This document shows positions 31,501 to 39,434 of a DNA stretch of 54,015 nucleotides, one piece after another. A program made the position numbers and the translations under genes. How positions within the stretch are numbered: position 1 is the stretch's first letter; every line of letters starts with the position of its first letter. This DNA comes from Candidatus Moranbacteria bacterium GW2011_GWE2_35_2-. Its GTDB lineage: Bacteria; Patescibacteriota; Minisyncoccia; Moranbacterales; UBA9337. Below the pieces are notes generated by a model. That model did no database searches. It saw only the letters and a program-made list of their open reading frames with translations, and was not told the origin of the DNA. The DNA is taken from positions 1-54,015 of the forward strand of contig LBQD01000002.1 in the NCBI GenBank assembly GCA_000990585.1. The letters are read 5' to 3'.

Positions 31501-32418
31501 ATATATAGGGGTACTACTGTTGTATCCGTAGTTACTCGGCATATCCCTCAACTCATCCGTTGTTGAATTTATACTTAAAAAACCATGCTCGGTGCCTGTT
31601 GCGCAATTCGGTTTATTGGCGCTAGCGCTGCACTTTGCATCTACACCACTTCTTCCTCCTACTGCGGCACCCGTATAGCCAGTATAGGGATTTCCTTCCA
31701 AATACACAGATGTTTGATATGGCAAAGGACTTAATTTCACACTCGCAGCACTACCTGTCCCATTTTTTTCCGTGCTGGAATATATTTTTCCGCTCGCATC
31801 CCATCCTCCTTGCGTTCCCGGGGTAGCGACAGTTGCCGTGTCGTCAGTTTGCACAACAGAATAATTTGTCGCAAACGTATCCAATTGAACAAACCCCTCC
31901 GCTTCGCTTCCGCTTACTATTGTTTGACTATTGCTTCCACCAGAAAAATCTACATCTGTGGTTTGCGTCCATGAAACATTTTCCGAAGATAATCTAACTC
32001 CACTATTATCGGCAATAATTCCTCCTTCTTTAGAGTCATATTTATCCCAATTGGAAATCGGAGTGGTTTGGTGTGTCACATATTCATTTGGAAAAGCCCC
32101 ACCCGTCCAACTGTTCTGTTGCCAATTAAAAGTTGCCGCTTGAGATTTGAAAACCGGCAAAATCAACTGAATAATTAAAGTAGAAATCACAATAACTGAA
32201 ACCGCCGAGGACAAACTCAATGTCACTCGGCGCACTTTTTTCTGGTATTTTTTTAGCGCAATATATGAATCAAAATAAATATCACATCTCACTTCCCCAT
32301 CTGGATTCTGATGGCACTGCTGAATACGAAAATGATTATCCTTGGCACTGCGGAAAATCAAATTAAAATAATCTTTAAATTTTATTTTTATTTTCTCTGA
32401 ATTTTGTTTTAATTCCAT
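25570..32418 (-). CDS. Giant surface protein (2282 aa) with many FN3/purple-acid-phosphatase-N-like repeats and a DUF1554-like lectin domain
   Basis: Repeated W.T...(S/A).V.YG...H.V.L..L..GT.YYF units in the C-terminal half; TM/signal segment at about aa 65-93. Confidence 0.88.
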   Translation of the reverse strand: MELKQNSEKIKIKFKDYFNLIFRSAKDNHFRIQQCHQNPDGEVRCDIYFDSYIALKKYQKKVRRVTLSLSSAVSVIVISTLIIQLILPVFKSQAATFNWQQNSWTGGAFPNEYVTHQTTPISNWDKYDSKEGGIIADNSGVRLSSENVSWTQTTDVDFSGGSNSQTIVSGSEAEGFVQLDTFATNYSVVQTDDTATVATPGTQGGWDASGKIYSSTEKNGTGSAASVKLSPLPYQTSVYLEGNPYTGYTGAAVGGRSGVDAKCSASANKPNCATGTEHGFLSINSTTDELRDMPSNYGYNSSTPIYWYKKGTNTFTIIDNDWASMLNGGILNKAQGNIDDGGFAISWWSGSTWAGIGSIYNCSGFSSTTGNGYRGYNPSVTGDWVAVGTSVCTNSFQILCACSAISGYNSSGTYVSYVSSGSTIGRTWNSFAWNETLNGGDITVKVKSGSSAVTPPSFAADTCDGSASPIALNSTCANPNDSYLWYEATLTTPDSANTPTLDQVNVSVDISNYQMTGSYISSIYDTLGNISFGDLTYTANITPFGSSVSVKARTSDNSDMSGATDWASCEAVSSGVDISANSCVTDGERYVQYQATLTSSTDQTQTPTLSDVTIQFERISGFSGSPIIQTLTGSWYNADDETNALTGIIWNEQETLPQGTNVKFQAQTAPTNNGNDAPETASATGFVGPDGTASSYFQSNDEINCSSSVSAGIRMVSCAIPAEINIGDGTDDQWMQYKIILSTDNGNQTPAVTSAELQYVVNVAPLVGSVIASQDALGIVNVSYDIADSDTSTQTISVLADLGIALEEDLIAGDSTAITVSNTANLPNSGTIQIEKEQIEYAGKSGNDLTGITRGVNSTRLTSHLSGETIWFKGVSTAGDVGTGIDNGSGKTVSWTIKTDLPNVYYGSARIMISANDGNAANQVGTGESNVAGFPIDTKNPTINSFSVDSSTTNANKTNDNTENLIISTTEDNQSGYQMRFSNNGSDWTSWEDYTVSKTQWDILDATYGGTIGDGSKTVYAQFRDANGNISTTASDAIVYDTNSPGTPNGVKAQDASNDNITPIENRTFVSWEVNADLNNDFVQYHLYRGSTVNTVNDSDAVSDWAEVVYDESIDNLINYYVDMTVDENHRYYYRLTCEDDIANISSYSSIDSTIPDGSGGSGITSTPSITNLSVADKGTTWVKLTWNTSSVASDSKVYYSTGIINEGTSPSVTVATMGEYHEVVITGLDVGAEYNFRAKSSNLDGNSDTDDVIESTNSGAQISSVIIPEIYNTQVVVRWAVSENPTAAKIYYTSQISGDVPDFSSSDNQSAECDGDTLICRVDISGLSVNTKYYFYVEADNDTDKNPERGVIRYFNFRTDNDQAAPIIIPNDAVFGAPIIKTDTKAVIKWITDKKAVSRVLHKESGDSYNDPSWSQTYTMERAVVLDNLSRNTTYIYKIQTIDINGNQSESDEFTFSTLAKQEDHPDLIAPDNPTNANVLMTSETEAVIYFSGNTQTTAKLCYETSQISDVDTCDNYKDDDTASITHVFYLENLQSNQVYYYRIKLIDSVNNDIYFYTADSSMIKFTTESLADSFAPGLSTYSVSDTSSDSAEISVVSDSDSIVSIYYSDSTDDFISDDYEEKSSSKSFTTTHSINLKNLSQGRTYYFKIKLQDENGNYNLYDNGGVYYTFETVSGPNISDGPDCSSGNNQLTISWDTDEDADAYVIYSEDDDLADYFKKGEDEKKEDHSITIGSLLPQVKYYYQIISENVEGGVSASDIEECSTLGEGVDSQAPDISSIQAVLIGKNQALINWTTNEVSTSKVRYGKTENYSSTMTENTDMVTNHNVLLEDLDSGTTYHYQVVSKDASANSDESGDYTFKTLGAATEDTDLAGFITGAYTAPDISSASASVSKTLSNSVTVSWKTDKEATSVVVYKPEGGNYKDQGDTTTLTTNHEITINDLSPNTKYTFYVKSVDSLGNTGQSDTDTFTTSAVSDIFNVEVIDVSYDSATISWETSANTTSQLEYGKSREMDKEITKDGDRSKAHAINLTSLDAGTKYYFRIKGEDSSSNIYSSSEYAFSTPAPPEVQDFKVDSIDEHNIKVSFRTSIETDAFITLTNSEKEDEQHFQGSPEQKTEHSLEVGNLDSGATYKLSVKVRDKEGNTTEKEIDKYTTAKDENPPVISNLRTTSALTQNGKVQTILSWDTDEPAKTMFIYRQGIGGNKKEVVVDENYTVKHTAIITTLEQGTAYYFNAKAVDKSGNTKLEQDRGVLTPKDRKNIIQVITNNFQNIFSWTSNIGM

Positions 32419-32487
32419 TATTGAGTGGAAAATAATTACTCTTGAAAGTATATCATATTTTTTTATTTTACCTAAATTTTCATTCTT

Positions 32488-32778
32488 TTATTTTTTTATC
32501 ACAATCTCAATTATTTCTTTTCCTCCCAATTCCCGGTTTATTTTTTCGGTTATTCTTTTTCTATCCAAAAAAACTTCGCTCGCCCATGCCGAGCTTTGTG
32601 TTTTGACAAACAATTTTCCATTTTTAAAATAATCCGGTCTAACCCTGACACTTCCAATCAAGCCATATTCACTTTTTATAATTTTATCAAAAATATAAAA
32701 AACAGTCTTATCATCCAAAACAATATCCGTAACAACCTTCTTGTTTCTTTTCTTAATAAGACTGCTTAAATCTTTCAT
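32488..32778 (-). CDS. DciA (DUF721) family helicase-loader protein
   Basis: KNGKLFVKTQSSAWASEV...KINRELG..I.EI; located directly downstream of dnaN. Confidence 0.75.
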   Translation of the reverse strand: MKDLSSLIKKRNKKVVTDIVLDDKTVFYIFDKIIKSEYGLIGSVRVRPDYFKNGKLFVKTQSSAWASEVFLDRKRITEKINRELGGKEIIEIVIKK

Positions 32779-32789
32779 TTATATATATA

Positions 32790-33935
32790 CTAATTTTTCA
32801 CCGGCATTACAATATACACATATCCATCTTCAACCGTTCCATCTTTTTCACTAATAGATTTGAGCCCCACGGGAGAATGACTATTATTAATCAAAATCGC
32901 CACCTGAGTGGAGTGTATTGTGCCAAGTCCATCCATAACATAACGTGGGTTCAAGACGATTTCTTGATCGGGACCAACAATATCTTCTTCAAAAATTGCT
33001 TCATTTTCCCCATAACTTTGCGAGTAAGAATTGATCGTAAGTTTTTTTTCATTTATTTTAATTTTCATCTCTCCACTGCGATTATCCGTAAAAATTCCGG
33101 CTATTTTAGTTGCTCTTAAAATATCATTTTTTTTCATCACAACTCTTGTTTCAAAACTTTTTGGAAGAATTTGTCTATAATCTGGATACTTTCCATTAAT
33201 TAATCTTGAAACGAGCTGAATTCCGTCCAATTCAAAAAATATTTGATTTTCCTCTATAAAAATTTTCACTTCTCTTTCTTCATTTCCAATAATTCTCAGC
33301 AATTCAAACATTGTTCCGGAAGGAATAATTATCGAATTTTCTTTTTCAATAAAATCCCGGTACTCATTTCCCAAACCGCTCTCATTTAAAGCAATCACTA
33401 CCTCCGCCAATCGAAAACTATCCGTTGCTGCAAGAGAAATTTCCCTCTCCCCAAAAGACATATTAATCCCTGTAAATTCAAGGCGTGTTTCACCAAACGC
33501 AATACATGATGATACTTTAGAAATCGCTTCTTTTATTTTGGCGGAATTTATTAATAACAAAAAATTACCCTTCGGCTCCGGAATGATAGGAAATTCCTCA
33601 CTGTCAAATCCATTAATTTTTGCTTGATACCGCCCGCTAGAAATAATCAAAATCTGTCCCGACACTTCAAGACTCACACTTTCCGAAGACGCAAGATTAG
33701 CGGCAAAATTGCTCAATATTTTTGCCGGAACAGTAATTTTTCCCTCTCTTTCGATTTTAGCGCCGATACTTGAAAAAACTCCGATTTCCAAATTAGTCGC
33801 CAAAAAACGCAATCGCCCTTTACTTGTTTCAATTAAAATATTATTTAAAATAGGCAATGTCGCTTGTTTACCGGTAACTTTTTCCGTATTGAAAACCGCT
33901 TTTTTGAAATTTTCCTGGGTACAAATAACTTTCAT
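32790..33935 (-). CDS. dnaN: DNA polymerase III beta clamp
   Basis: LPILNNILI, ATNLEIG, ATDSFRLAE, SRLINGKYPDY, YIVMPV. Confidence 0.97.
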   Translation of the reverse strand: MKVICTQENFKKAVFNTEKVTGKQATLPILNNILIETSKGRLRFLATNLEIGVFSSIGAKIEREGKITVPAKILSNFAANLASSESVSLEVSGQILIISSGRYQAKINGFDSEEFPIIPEPKGNFLLLINSAKIKEAISKVSSCIAFGETRLEFTGINMSFGEREISLAATDSFRLAEVVIALNESGLGNEYRDFIEKENSIIIPSGTMFELLRIIGNEEREVKIFIEENQIFFELDGIQLVSRLINGKYPDYRQILPKSFETRVVMKKNDILRATKIAGIFTDNRSGEMKIKINEKKLTINSYSQSYGENEAIFEEDIVGPDQEIVLNPRYVMDGLGTIHSTQVAILINNSHSPVGLKSISEKDGTVEDGYVYIVMPVKN

Positions 33936-33946
33936 ATTTTTGAAAT

Positions 33947-35341
33947 TTAATTAAAACTGAAAATCTTATTTTTTAATATTTTTATATCTTCTGCCATTTT
34001 TTCATCCTCTTTTAATTGTTTATCGATTTTTTTGAAAGCATGCAGAGCTGTAGTATGATCTCTTCCGCCAAAAAGCTCACCAATTCCAGGATACGATACA
34101 TCCAATTCCGTTCTAATTAAATACATTGCTATTTGCCTAGGAACCGCAATTCTCTTTTTTCTACCCTTATTTGCAATCTCCTTTTCATCTATTCCATAAA
34201 ATTCCGCCACTGTTTTAATAACGTCCGTATGATTAATTCCCTTCTTTTTGCGACTAGAAATAATATCCGACAAAATCTCTTTCACATAACTCATAGAAGG
34301 CGTTTTTTTGTTCAAATCACAACTCGCCATCACCCGATTAAGCGCTCCTTCTAATTCGCGAATATTATTTTTTATATTTTCTGCAATAAATCTTACTACA
34401 TCCTCTTCAAGAAAAAAATTCTTTTCAGAAGATTTTGCCCGCAAAATAGCCATTCTTGTTTCTAAATCAGGACTACACACATCCACAATCATTCCCCCTT
34501 CAAAACGACTGCGCAATCGATCTTCCAAAACCTGTATTTCTCGCGGCGGCCTGTCGCTACTAATTACTATTTGCTTATTCAATTGATAAAGAAAATTGAA
34601 AATATGGAAGAAAATGTCCTGCGTTTTTTCTTTTCCGGAAATAAACTGAATATCGTCTATTATCAACAAGCTTATTTTTTGATATTTCTCCTTAAATTGG
34701 TCAATTTTTTGATTTTTAATTGAATCCACTAATTCCGTTGTAAATCTTTCTGATGAAATATAAATAATATTTTTCTCGGGATTTTTTTTAATCACCTCGT
34801 TTCCAATTGCTTGCAACAAGTGAGTCTTCCCTAATCCAACTCCTCCATAAATAAATAAGGGGTTATAAGTATTTCCCAGTTCTTGAGAAACAGCATAACA
34901 AGCCGCTCTTGCCAACTCATTATTTTCCCCTACAATAAAATTTTCAAACGTATAGCGCTGATTTATTTGATAAAAAGATTGCTTTTGTTGTGTAATATTT
35001 TGAATACTTACCGAATTATTTAAATCAACAGTCTTTGCCATTTGAGAAGGCTTTTTCACCATATCAATACTTTTTCCGGATGTATTTTTTTCCTGAGGAC
35101 CATAAATAGTACAAGTGAGCTCGCGGATATCTTCCTGAAAGTTCCGAATTGCCTTAACAATATTGGCATTAAATTTATTCTCCAACCACTCCTTGGCAAA
35201 TCCATTCGGAACACCAACAACCACCTTGCCATTTTCATTAGAAAGAATAACCGTGTCCTTAAACCACGTAATGAATTGAGCTTTGGATATTGACAATTCT
35301 ATTTCCCCTAAAACAGCTTGCCAAAGTTCTTCATTATTCAT
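33947..35341 (-). CDS. dnaA: Chromosomal replication initiator DnaA
   Basis: YTFENFIVG, NPLFIYGGVGLGKTHL, IDDIQF, RLRSRF, RELEGAL, GGRDHTT. Confidence 0.98.
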   Translation of the reverse strand: MNNEELWQAVLGEIELSISKAQFITWFKDTVILSNENGKVVVGVPNGFAKEWLENKFNANIVKAIRNFQEDIRELTCTIYGPQEKNTSGKSIDMVKKPSQMAKTVDLNNSVSIQNITQQKQSFYQINQRYTFENFIVGENNELARAACYAVSQELGNTYNPLFIYGGVGLGKTHLLQAIGNEVIKKNPEKNIIYISSERFTTELVDSIKNQKIDQFKEKYQKISLLIIDDIQFISGKEKTQDIFFHIFNFLYQLNKQIVISSDRPPREIQVLEDRLRSRFEGGMIVDVCSPDLETRMAILRAKSSEKNFFLEEDVVRFIAENIKNNIRELEGALNRVMASCDLNKKTPSMSYVKEILSDIISSRKKKGINHTDVIKTVAEFYGIDEKEIANKGRKKRIAVPRQIAMYLIRTELDVSYPGIGELFGGRDHTTALHAFKKIDKQLKEDEKMAEDIKILKNKIFSFN

Positions 35342-35655
35342 TTTGATTTATAAGATTATATAAAAAAATTATTCCGACATACTCTGTTCAAAAGCCTTCT
35401 TTTATCTCCGGTAGCAAAAATTATATCACAATAGAGTTATCCACACCACATTTTATGTGAATAATTATGTGGATAAATTGTGGGAAACTTTTATCTATCC
35501 CCTATTTTAATACTCAAACTACTATGCTTAGAAAAATATTTTAGTAATATTCATCAGTATATTGACCTTTTTCATTTATATTGATACACTACATATTAGT
35601 CATAAACATAATCCACAGTCATATTGTTAATAGACTGTTTTAATAAATTAAAAAA
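35342..35655. other. Replication origin region (oriC) with a DnaA-box cluster
   Basis: TTATCCACA 35437-35445, TGTGAATAA 35456-35464, TGTGGATAA 35468-35476, TGTGGGAAA 35479-35487, TAATCCACA 35609-35617; AT-rich; lies between dnaA and rpmH. Confidence 0.85.
35562..35590 (+). promoter_or_regulatory. rpmH operon promoter
   Basis: TTGACC-17 bp-TACACT with extended -10 TG. Confidence 0.65.
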
Positions 35656-35796
35656 ATGTCCACAAAAAGAACTTACCAACCAAAAAAACTGCGCCGAAAA
35701 AGAAGACATGGCTTCACAAAAAGAATGTCTACTAAAAACGGGCAGGAAGTAATCAAAAGAAGACGCCAAAAAGGAAGAAAAAAACTTACCGCGTAG
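35656..35796 (+). CDS. rpmH: 50S ribosomal protein L34 (46 aa, missing from the ORF track)
   Basis: Translates to [46 protein letters not shown]. Confidence 0.97.
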   Translation: MSTKRTYQPKKLRRKRRHGFTKRMSTKNGQEVIKRRRQKGRKKLTA

Positions 35797-35892
35797 ATTT
35801 AATAAGTAATAAATTTTCATCGAATTTACAAAATTATCTATATTTTTAATTTAAAAGAATAAATTGTAAATTGAAAATTGAGAATCCTCAAA

Positions 35893-36243
35893 ATGCTTCC
35901 AAAGAAGAATCGTCTAACAAAAAAAGGGGATTTTGAAAGAGTTTCCTCTAAGGGAAACTATTTTTCTTTTCAAAATATCTCCCTCAAAACGACTTCCAAC
36001 AATTCTTCTTTCCCCCGAATAGGATTCTCGATTGGGAAAAAAATTTCAGTTAAAGCAATAAATCGCAATCAAATCAAAAGAGTACTTCGCGAATCTTTCC
36101 AAGAACACCTACCGAAGATTGCCGAAGGTGTTGATATTGTGGTATATTTCAAAAAAGATAATCAATCTGAAAAATTAATTGATTCAAAAAAAACCGCTGC
36201 GCGAGTAGAAAAATTGCTGAAAAAAGCAAACCTAATACAATAA
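35893..36243 (+). CDS. rnpA: Ribonuclease P protein component
   Basis: MLPKKNRL..K.DF, RIGFSIGKK...AINRNQIKRVLRE. Confidence 0.93.
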   Translation: MLPKKNRLTKKGDFERVSSKGNYFSFQNISLKTTSNNSSFPRIGFSIGKKISVKAINRNQIKRVLRESFQEHLPKIAEGVDIVVYFKKDNQSEKLIDSKKTAARVEKLLKKANLIQ

Positions 36244-36252
36244 TAAAAATAA

Positions 36253-36969
36253 ATGACATCCATTTTCAACATTTTTGTTAATGATCCCATATTTAATACT
36301 TTGGTTTTTTTGTACAACGCAATTCCCTTACAAGATTTTGGAATTGCAATTATTCTCACAACCATAATTCTCAAATCAGTTTTACTTCCTATTTCCAAAA
36401 AACAAATCGAATCGCAAAAAAAATTGCAAGATTTACAGCCAAAAATAAAGGAATTGCAAGAAAAACACAAAGACAATAAAGAAAGACAAGCAAAGGAGCT
36501 GATGCAATTTTACAAGGATAATAAAGTCAATCCATTTGGTGGATGTTTACCGCTAATCATACAGTTAATATTCTTGATTGCTATTTACCGCATAATCATT
36601 CAAATTTCCGATGCCGGATTTGTTGTGGAAAGCCAAAAGCTTTATTCTTTTATCACTAATCCCGGAAATATAAATCATTTTTTTATCGGCTTAATAGACT
36701 TAACCAAGCCCAACATTCCACTAGCTATTTTAGCGGCAGCGGCTCAATTTTGGCAAACAAAAATGCTTATGCAAAGCCAACCCAAAGTCGCGTCTCAAAA
36801 AGATGGATCTCCTGATTTTGCCCAGATAATGACCAAACAAATGCTTTTTCTTGGTCCATTGATGACTCTTTTCATTGGAATAAAATTTGCTGCCGGATTA
36901 GCGCTTTATTGGCTTATTTCAACTCTTTTTGCTATATTTCAACAATTATATATCTTTAAGAAAAAATAA
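36253..36969 (+). CDS. yidC: Membrane protein insertase YidC/Oxa1 (short form)
   Basis: FGIAII, LQPKIKELQEK, NPFGGCLPLIIQ, GLALYW. Confidence 0.95.
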   Translation: MTSIFNIFVNDPIFNTLVFLYNAIPLQDFGIAIILTTIILKSVLLPISKKQIESQKKLQDLQPKIKELQEKHKDNKERQAKELMQFYKDNKVNPFGGCLPLIIQLIFLIAIYRIIIQISDAGFVVESQKLYSFITNPGNINHFFIGLIDLTKPNIPLAILAAAAQFWQTKMLMQSQPKVASQKDGSPDFAQIMTKQMLFLGPLMTLFIGIKFAAGLALYWLISTLFAIFQQLYIFKKK

Positions 36970-36996
36970 ATCAAAATAGCCTAATTGCACATCATA

Positions 36997-37029
36997 AAAA
37001 GCTTCGGGTATTCCCTTTCCGGAGCTTTT
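36997..37029 (+). terminator. Probable intrinsic terminator after yidC
   Basis: aaaagcttcggg ... tccggagctttt. Confidence 0.55.
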
Positions 37030-37072
37030 CTGTTATCATACGAAATAGAAATTAACCATTTTTTAAATACCT

Positions 37073-37549
37073 ATGAATAAAACTAACGATCAAATTATCC
37101 ATGATTCAGTAAAAAAAATTCTTCTTTTAATGGGTTTTGATTGCCAAATAGAAGTTAAAATAGAACATATTGATGATCAAGAAAGTATTATTTGCAATAT
37201 ATCGGCAGGAGAAGATTCCAATTTTCTTATTGGACAGCACGGAATAAATCTCCAATCACTTCAACATATCGCACGCCTAGTAGTAAGAAAAAAAATTCAA
37301 GACAAATTGAGGTTCGTTTTAGATGTCAACTCTTATCGTCAACAAAAAAATCAAAACATTATAGAACAAGCGAAAGAAATAGCCAAACAAGCGATAAAAG
37401 AAAAAAAATCAATTATTATGCGTCCGATGTCGGCTTATGAAAGAAGATTGATACATATAGAGCTAGCTTCAAATGAGCAAATAATAACAGAGAGTATTGG
37501 AGAAGGAGAAGAAAAGAAGATTATCGTAAAGCCTTCTTTGGAAATTTAA
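37073..37549 (+). CDS. Jag/KhpB-like RNA-binding protein (KH + R3H)
   Basis: LIGQHGINLQSLQ, LDVNSYR, PMSAYERRLIH, ESIGEG. Confidence 0.9.
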   Translation: MNKTNDQIIHDSVKKILLLMGFDCQIEVKIEHIDDQESIICNISAGEDSNFLIGQHGINLQSLQHIARLVVRKKIQDKLRFVLDVNSYRQQKNQNIIEQAKEIAKQAIKEKKSIIMRPMSAYERRLIHIELASNEQIITESIGEGEEKKIIVKPSLEI

Positions 37550-37552
37550 AAA

Positions 37553-37641
37553 AAATCAGGAATTAAGAATTATAAACTAACATAAGCATGTTATATTAGG
37601 ATTCCTTAATTCTTAATTTTTAATTCTTAATTTTTAATTCC
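37553..37641. repeat. Heptamer-periodic inverted repeat (GAATTAA / TTCTTAA-TTTTTAA)
   Basis: ggaattaagaatta ... ttccttaattcttaatttttaattcttaatttttaattcc. Confidence 0.65.
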
Positions 37642-37647
37642 AAACAA

Positions 37648-39066
37648 TTGATTGCTAGAAAAATCGCTTATAATGTAGTTTTTAATGCTACAGCCAAAGT
37701 TCTCTCTACGATCTTGGCACTTGTCGGAATTGGCTTTATTACCCGCTATCTAGGACAAGAAGGATTCGGAGAATATGCTACAGCTTTAGCGTTTTTTTCT
37801 TTTTTCGGAGCGCTAGCTGATTTAGGGCTTTATTCTGTTGCCACTCGAGAAATATCACGAGAAGGAGCCAATGAAGAAGAAATCATTGGAAATGTTTTTT
37901 CACTTCGCGTTTTCACCTCTCTCTTGATTTTTATTATTGCACCCTTAATTGTTTATTTTTTTCCCTATCCGCCTGAAGTAAAAAAGGCTATTCTTCTTAC
38001 TGCCGCTGCTTTTGTTTTTTCTTCCAGTTATATGGTTCTCAATGGAGTTTTTCAGAAAAACCTAGCGATGGACAAAGTAGCAATAGTCGAATTAATTGGA
38101 AAAGTCATTCAAACTGCTATTATAATTTTAGCAGCCACTAATGATTGGGGATTTTTGGCAATCATTTCATCGATTTTGTTTTATATGATTTTCAATTTTT
38201 CTCTGATTTTGCTTTTTAGTCGAAAGTATGTCAAATTCCATTTACATTTTAATTTTATTTATTGGAAAAAATTCCTAAAAATGTCCGCTCCAATGGGAAT
38301 TTCAGTTATTATCACATTCTTATATTTCAAAATGGATACGATTTTACTTTCAGTTATCAAAGGAAGCGCGGATGTTGGAATTTATAACGCTGCCTACAAA
38401 ATTATTGAAAATATCACCTTTTTTCCAGCAATGATTGTTGGTCTTACTCTTCCACTCACCTCCCAATTTATTTTTTCCCAAAAAGAAAGATTCCGCGAAA
38501 TATCCGACAAAACCGCCAAAGTTTTTTTTCTGTTAATTATTCCGCTATTTATTGCAGTTATGTTTCTAGCTAATGACATAATGCTCTTAATTGGAGGCAG
38601 TGAATTTGCAGTTTCCGCCAACACTTTGCGCATTCTGATTATAGCGTTGGCCTTTATTTTCTTTGGAAATTTTTTCAATAATATTCTCCTTGCCGGCAAC
38701 TTACAAAAGAAAATGATGCTCGCACTGGGATTTTGTGCTATTTTCAATATTAGCGCTAATCTTGTGATGATTCCGCTCTATTCCTATACCGGAGCCGCCA
38801 TCACTTCCGCCATCACCGAAATGTTGGTTATTGCCATTACTTCTTTTTTAACTTATAAATATTTAGATTATGTTCCTAAAATAGAAAACTGGGCGCGCTT
38901 TGTTTTCTCAGGAATGGCAATGGCATTTTTCCTTTTCATTTTTCAAGGTCAAAATTTTTTCTTCCTCGCCCTCGGCTCCAGCGCCATCTATTTCATCTTC
39001 CTCTGGCTAACCAAAGCCATCACCGCCACCGAACTAAAAAGCATCATGCAAAAAGATGTTGCGTGA
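37648..39066 (+). CDS. Wzx/MOP-family oligosaccharide flippase
   Basis: About 14 TMs; TRYLGQEGFGEY, DLGL, MDTILLS, VGIYNAAY, GAAITS. Confidence 0.9.
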   Translation: MIARKIAYNVVFNATAKVLSTILALVGIGFITRYLGQEGFGEYATALAFFSFFGALADLGLYSVATREISREGANEEEIIGNVFSLRVFTSLLIFIIAPLIVYFFPYPPEVKKAILLTAAAFVFSSSYMVLNGVFQKNLAMDKVAIVELIGKVIQTAIIILAATNDWGFLAIISSILFYMIFNFSLILLFSRKYVKFHLHFNFIYWKKFLKMSAPMGISVIITFLYFKMDTILLSVIKGSADVGIYNAAYKIIENITFFPAMIVGLTLPLTSQFIFSQKERFREISDKTAKVFFLLIIPLFIAVMFLANDIMLLIGGSEFAVSANTLRILIIALAFIFFGNFFNNILLAGNLQKKMMLALGFCAIFNISANLVMIPLYSYTGAAITSAITEMLVIAITSFLTYKYLDYVPKIENWARFVFSGMAMAFFLFIFQGQNFFFLALGSSAIYFIFLWLTKAITATELKSIMQKDVA

Positions 39067-39088
39067 AATATACGAAAAAATCAATTTA

Positions 39089-39118
39089 AAAAGCCTAGGA
39101 AAATTTTCCTAGGCTTTT
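39089..39118. terminator. Bidirectional terminator (perfect 30-bp palindrome)
   Basis: aaaagcctaggaaaa|ttttcctaggctttt between convergent genes. Confidence 0.85.
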
Positions 39119-39137
39119 GTATGTCTCACGGCAGTGC

Positions 39138-39416
39138 TTAATTGCGAGTTATTTCGACAAATCTGCTCGTGCATTTTTCAAATTCATCTGAATTCAAATA
39201 TTTACCAAAAATTTTTAACATCTCTGAAATAAAGCTATCCTTGTGCACATCAATTGCAATACTAAAAGCCAAATCTGAACTTCCTGTAAAATTTTTGGCA
39301 CAATGCGCAAAACCAACAGAATAAGCCAAAGCCACACCAACCCTCTCCTTCTGCTGGCAACTCTCAAACATTTCACCCAACACCTTCATCTCTCTCTTAA
39401 ACTTAGACCTAGCCAT
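39138..39416 (-). CDS. Hypothetical protein (92 aa)
   Basis: SD AAGGAG before the ATG; lies directly downstream of a TrmB gene and ends at a terminator. Confidence 0.65.
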   Translation of the reverse strand: MARSKFKREMKVLGEMFESCQQKERVGVALAYSVGFAHCAKNFTGSSDLAFSIAIDVHKDSFISEMLKIFGKYLNSDEFEKCTSRFVEITRN

Positions 39417-39434
39417 GACAAATCTCCTTTTGTG

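Noticed and set aside
31205-31715. Possible diversity-generating retroelement target (lectin-fold domain)
   Set aside because: No reverse transcriptase and no template-repeat copy differing at adenines was seen in the window, and the domain is internal rather than C-terminal
35596-35820. 74-aa minus-strand ORF
   Set aside because: Antisense shadow of rpmH
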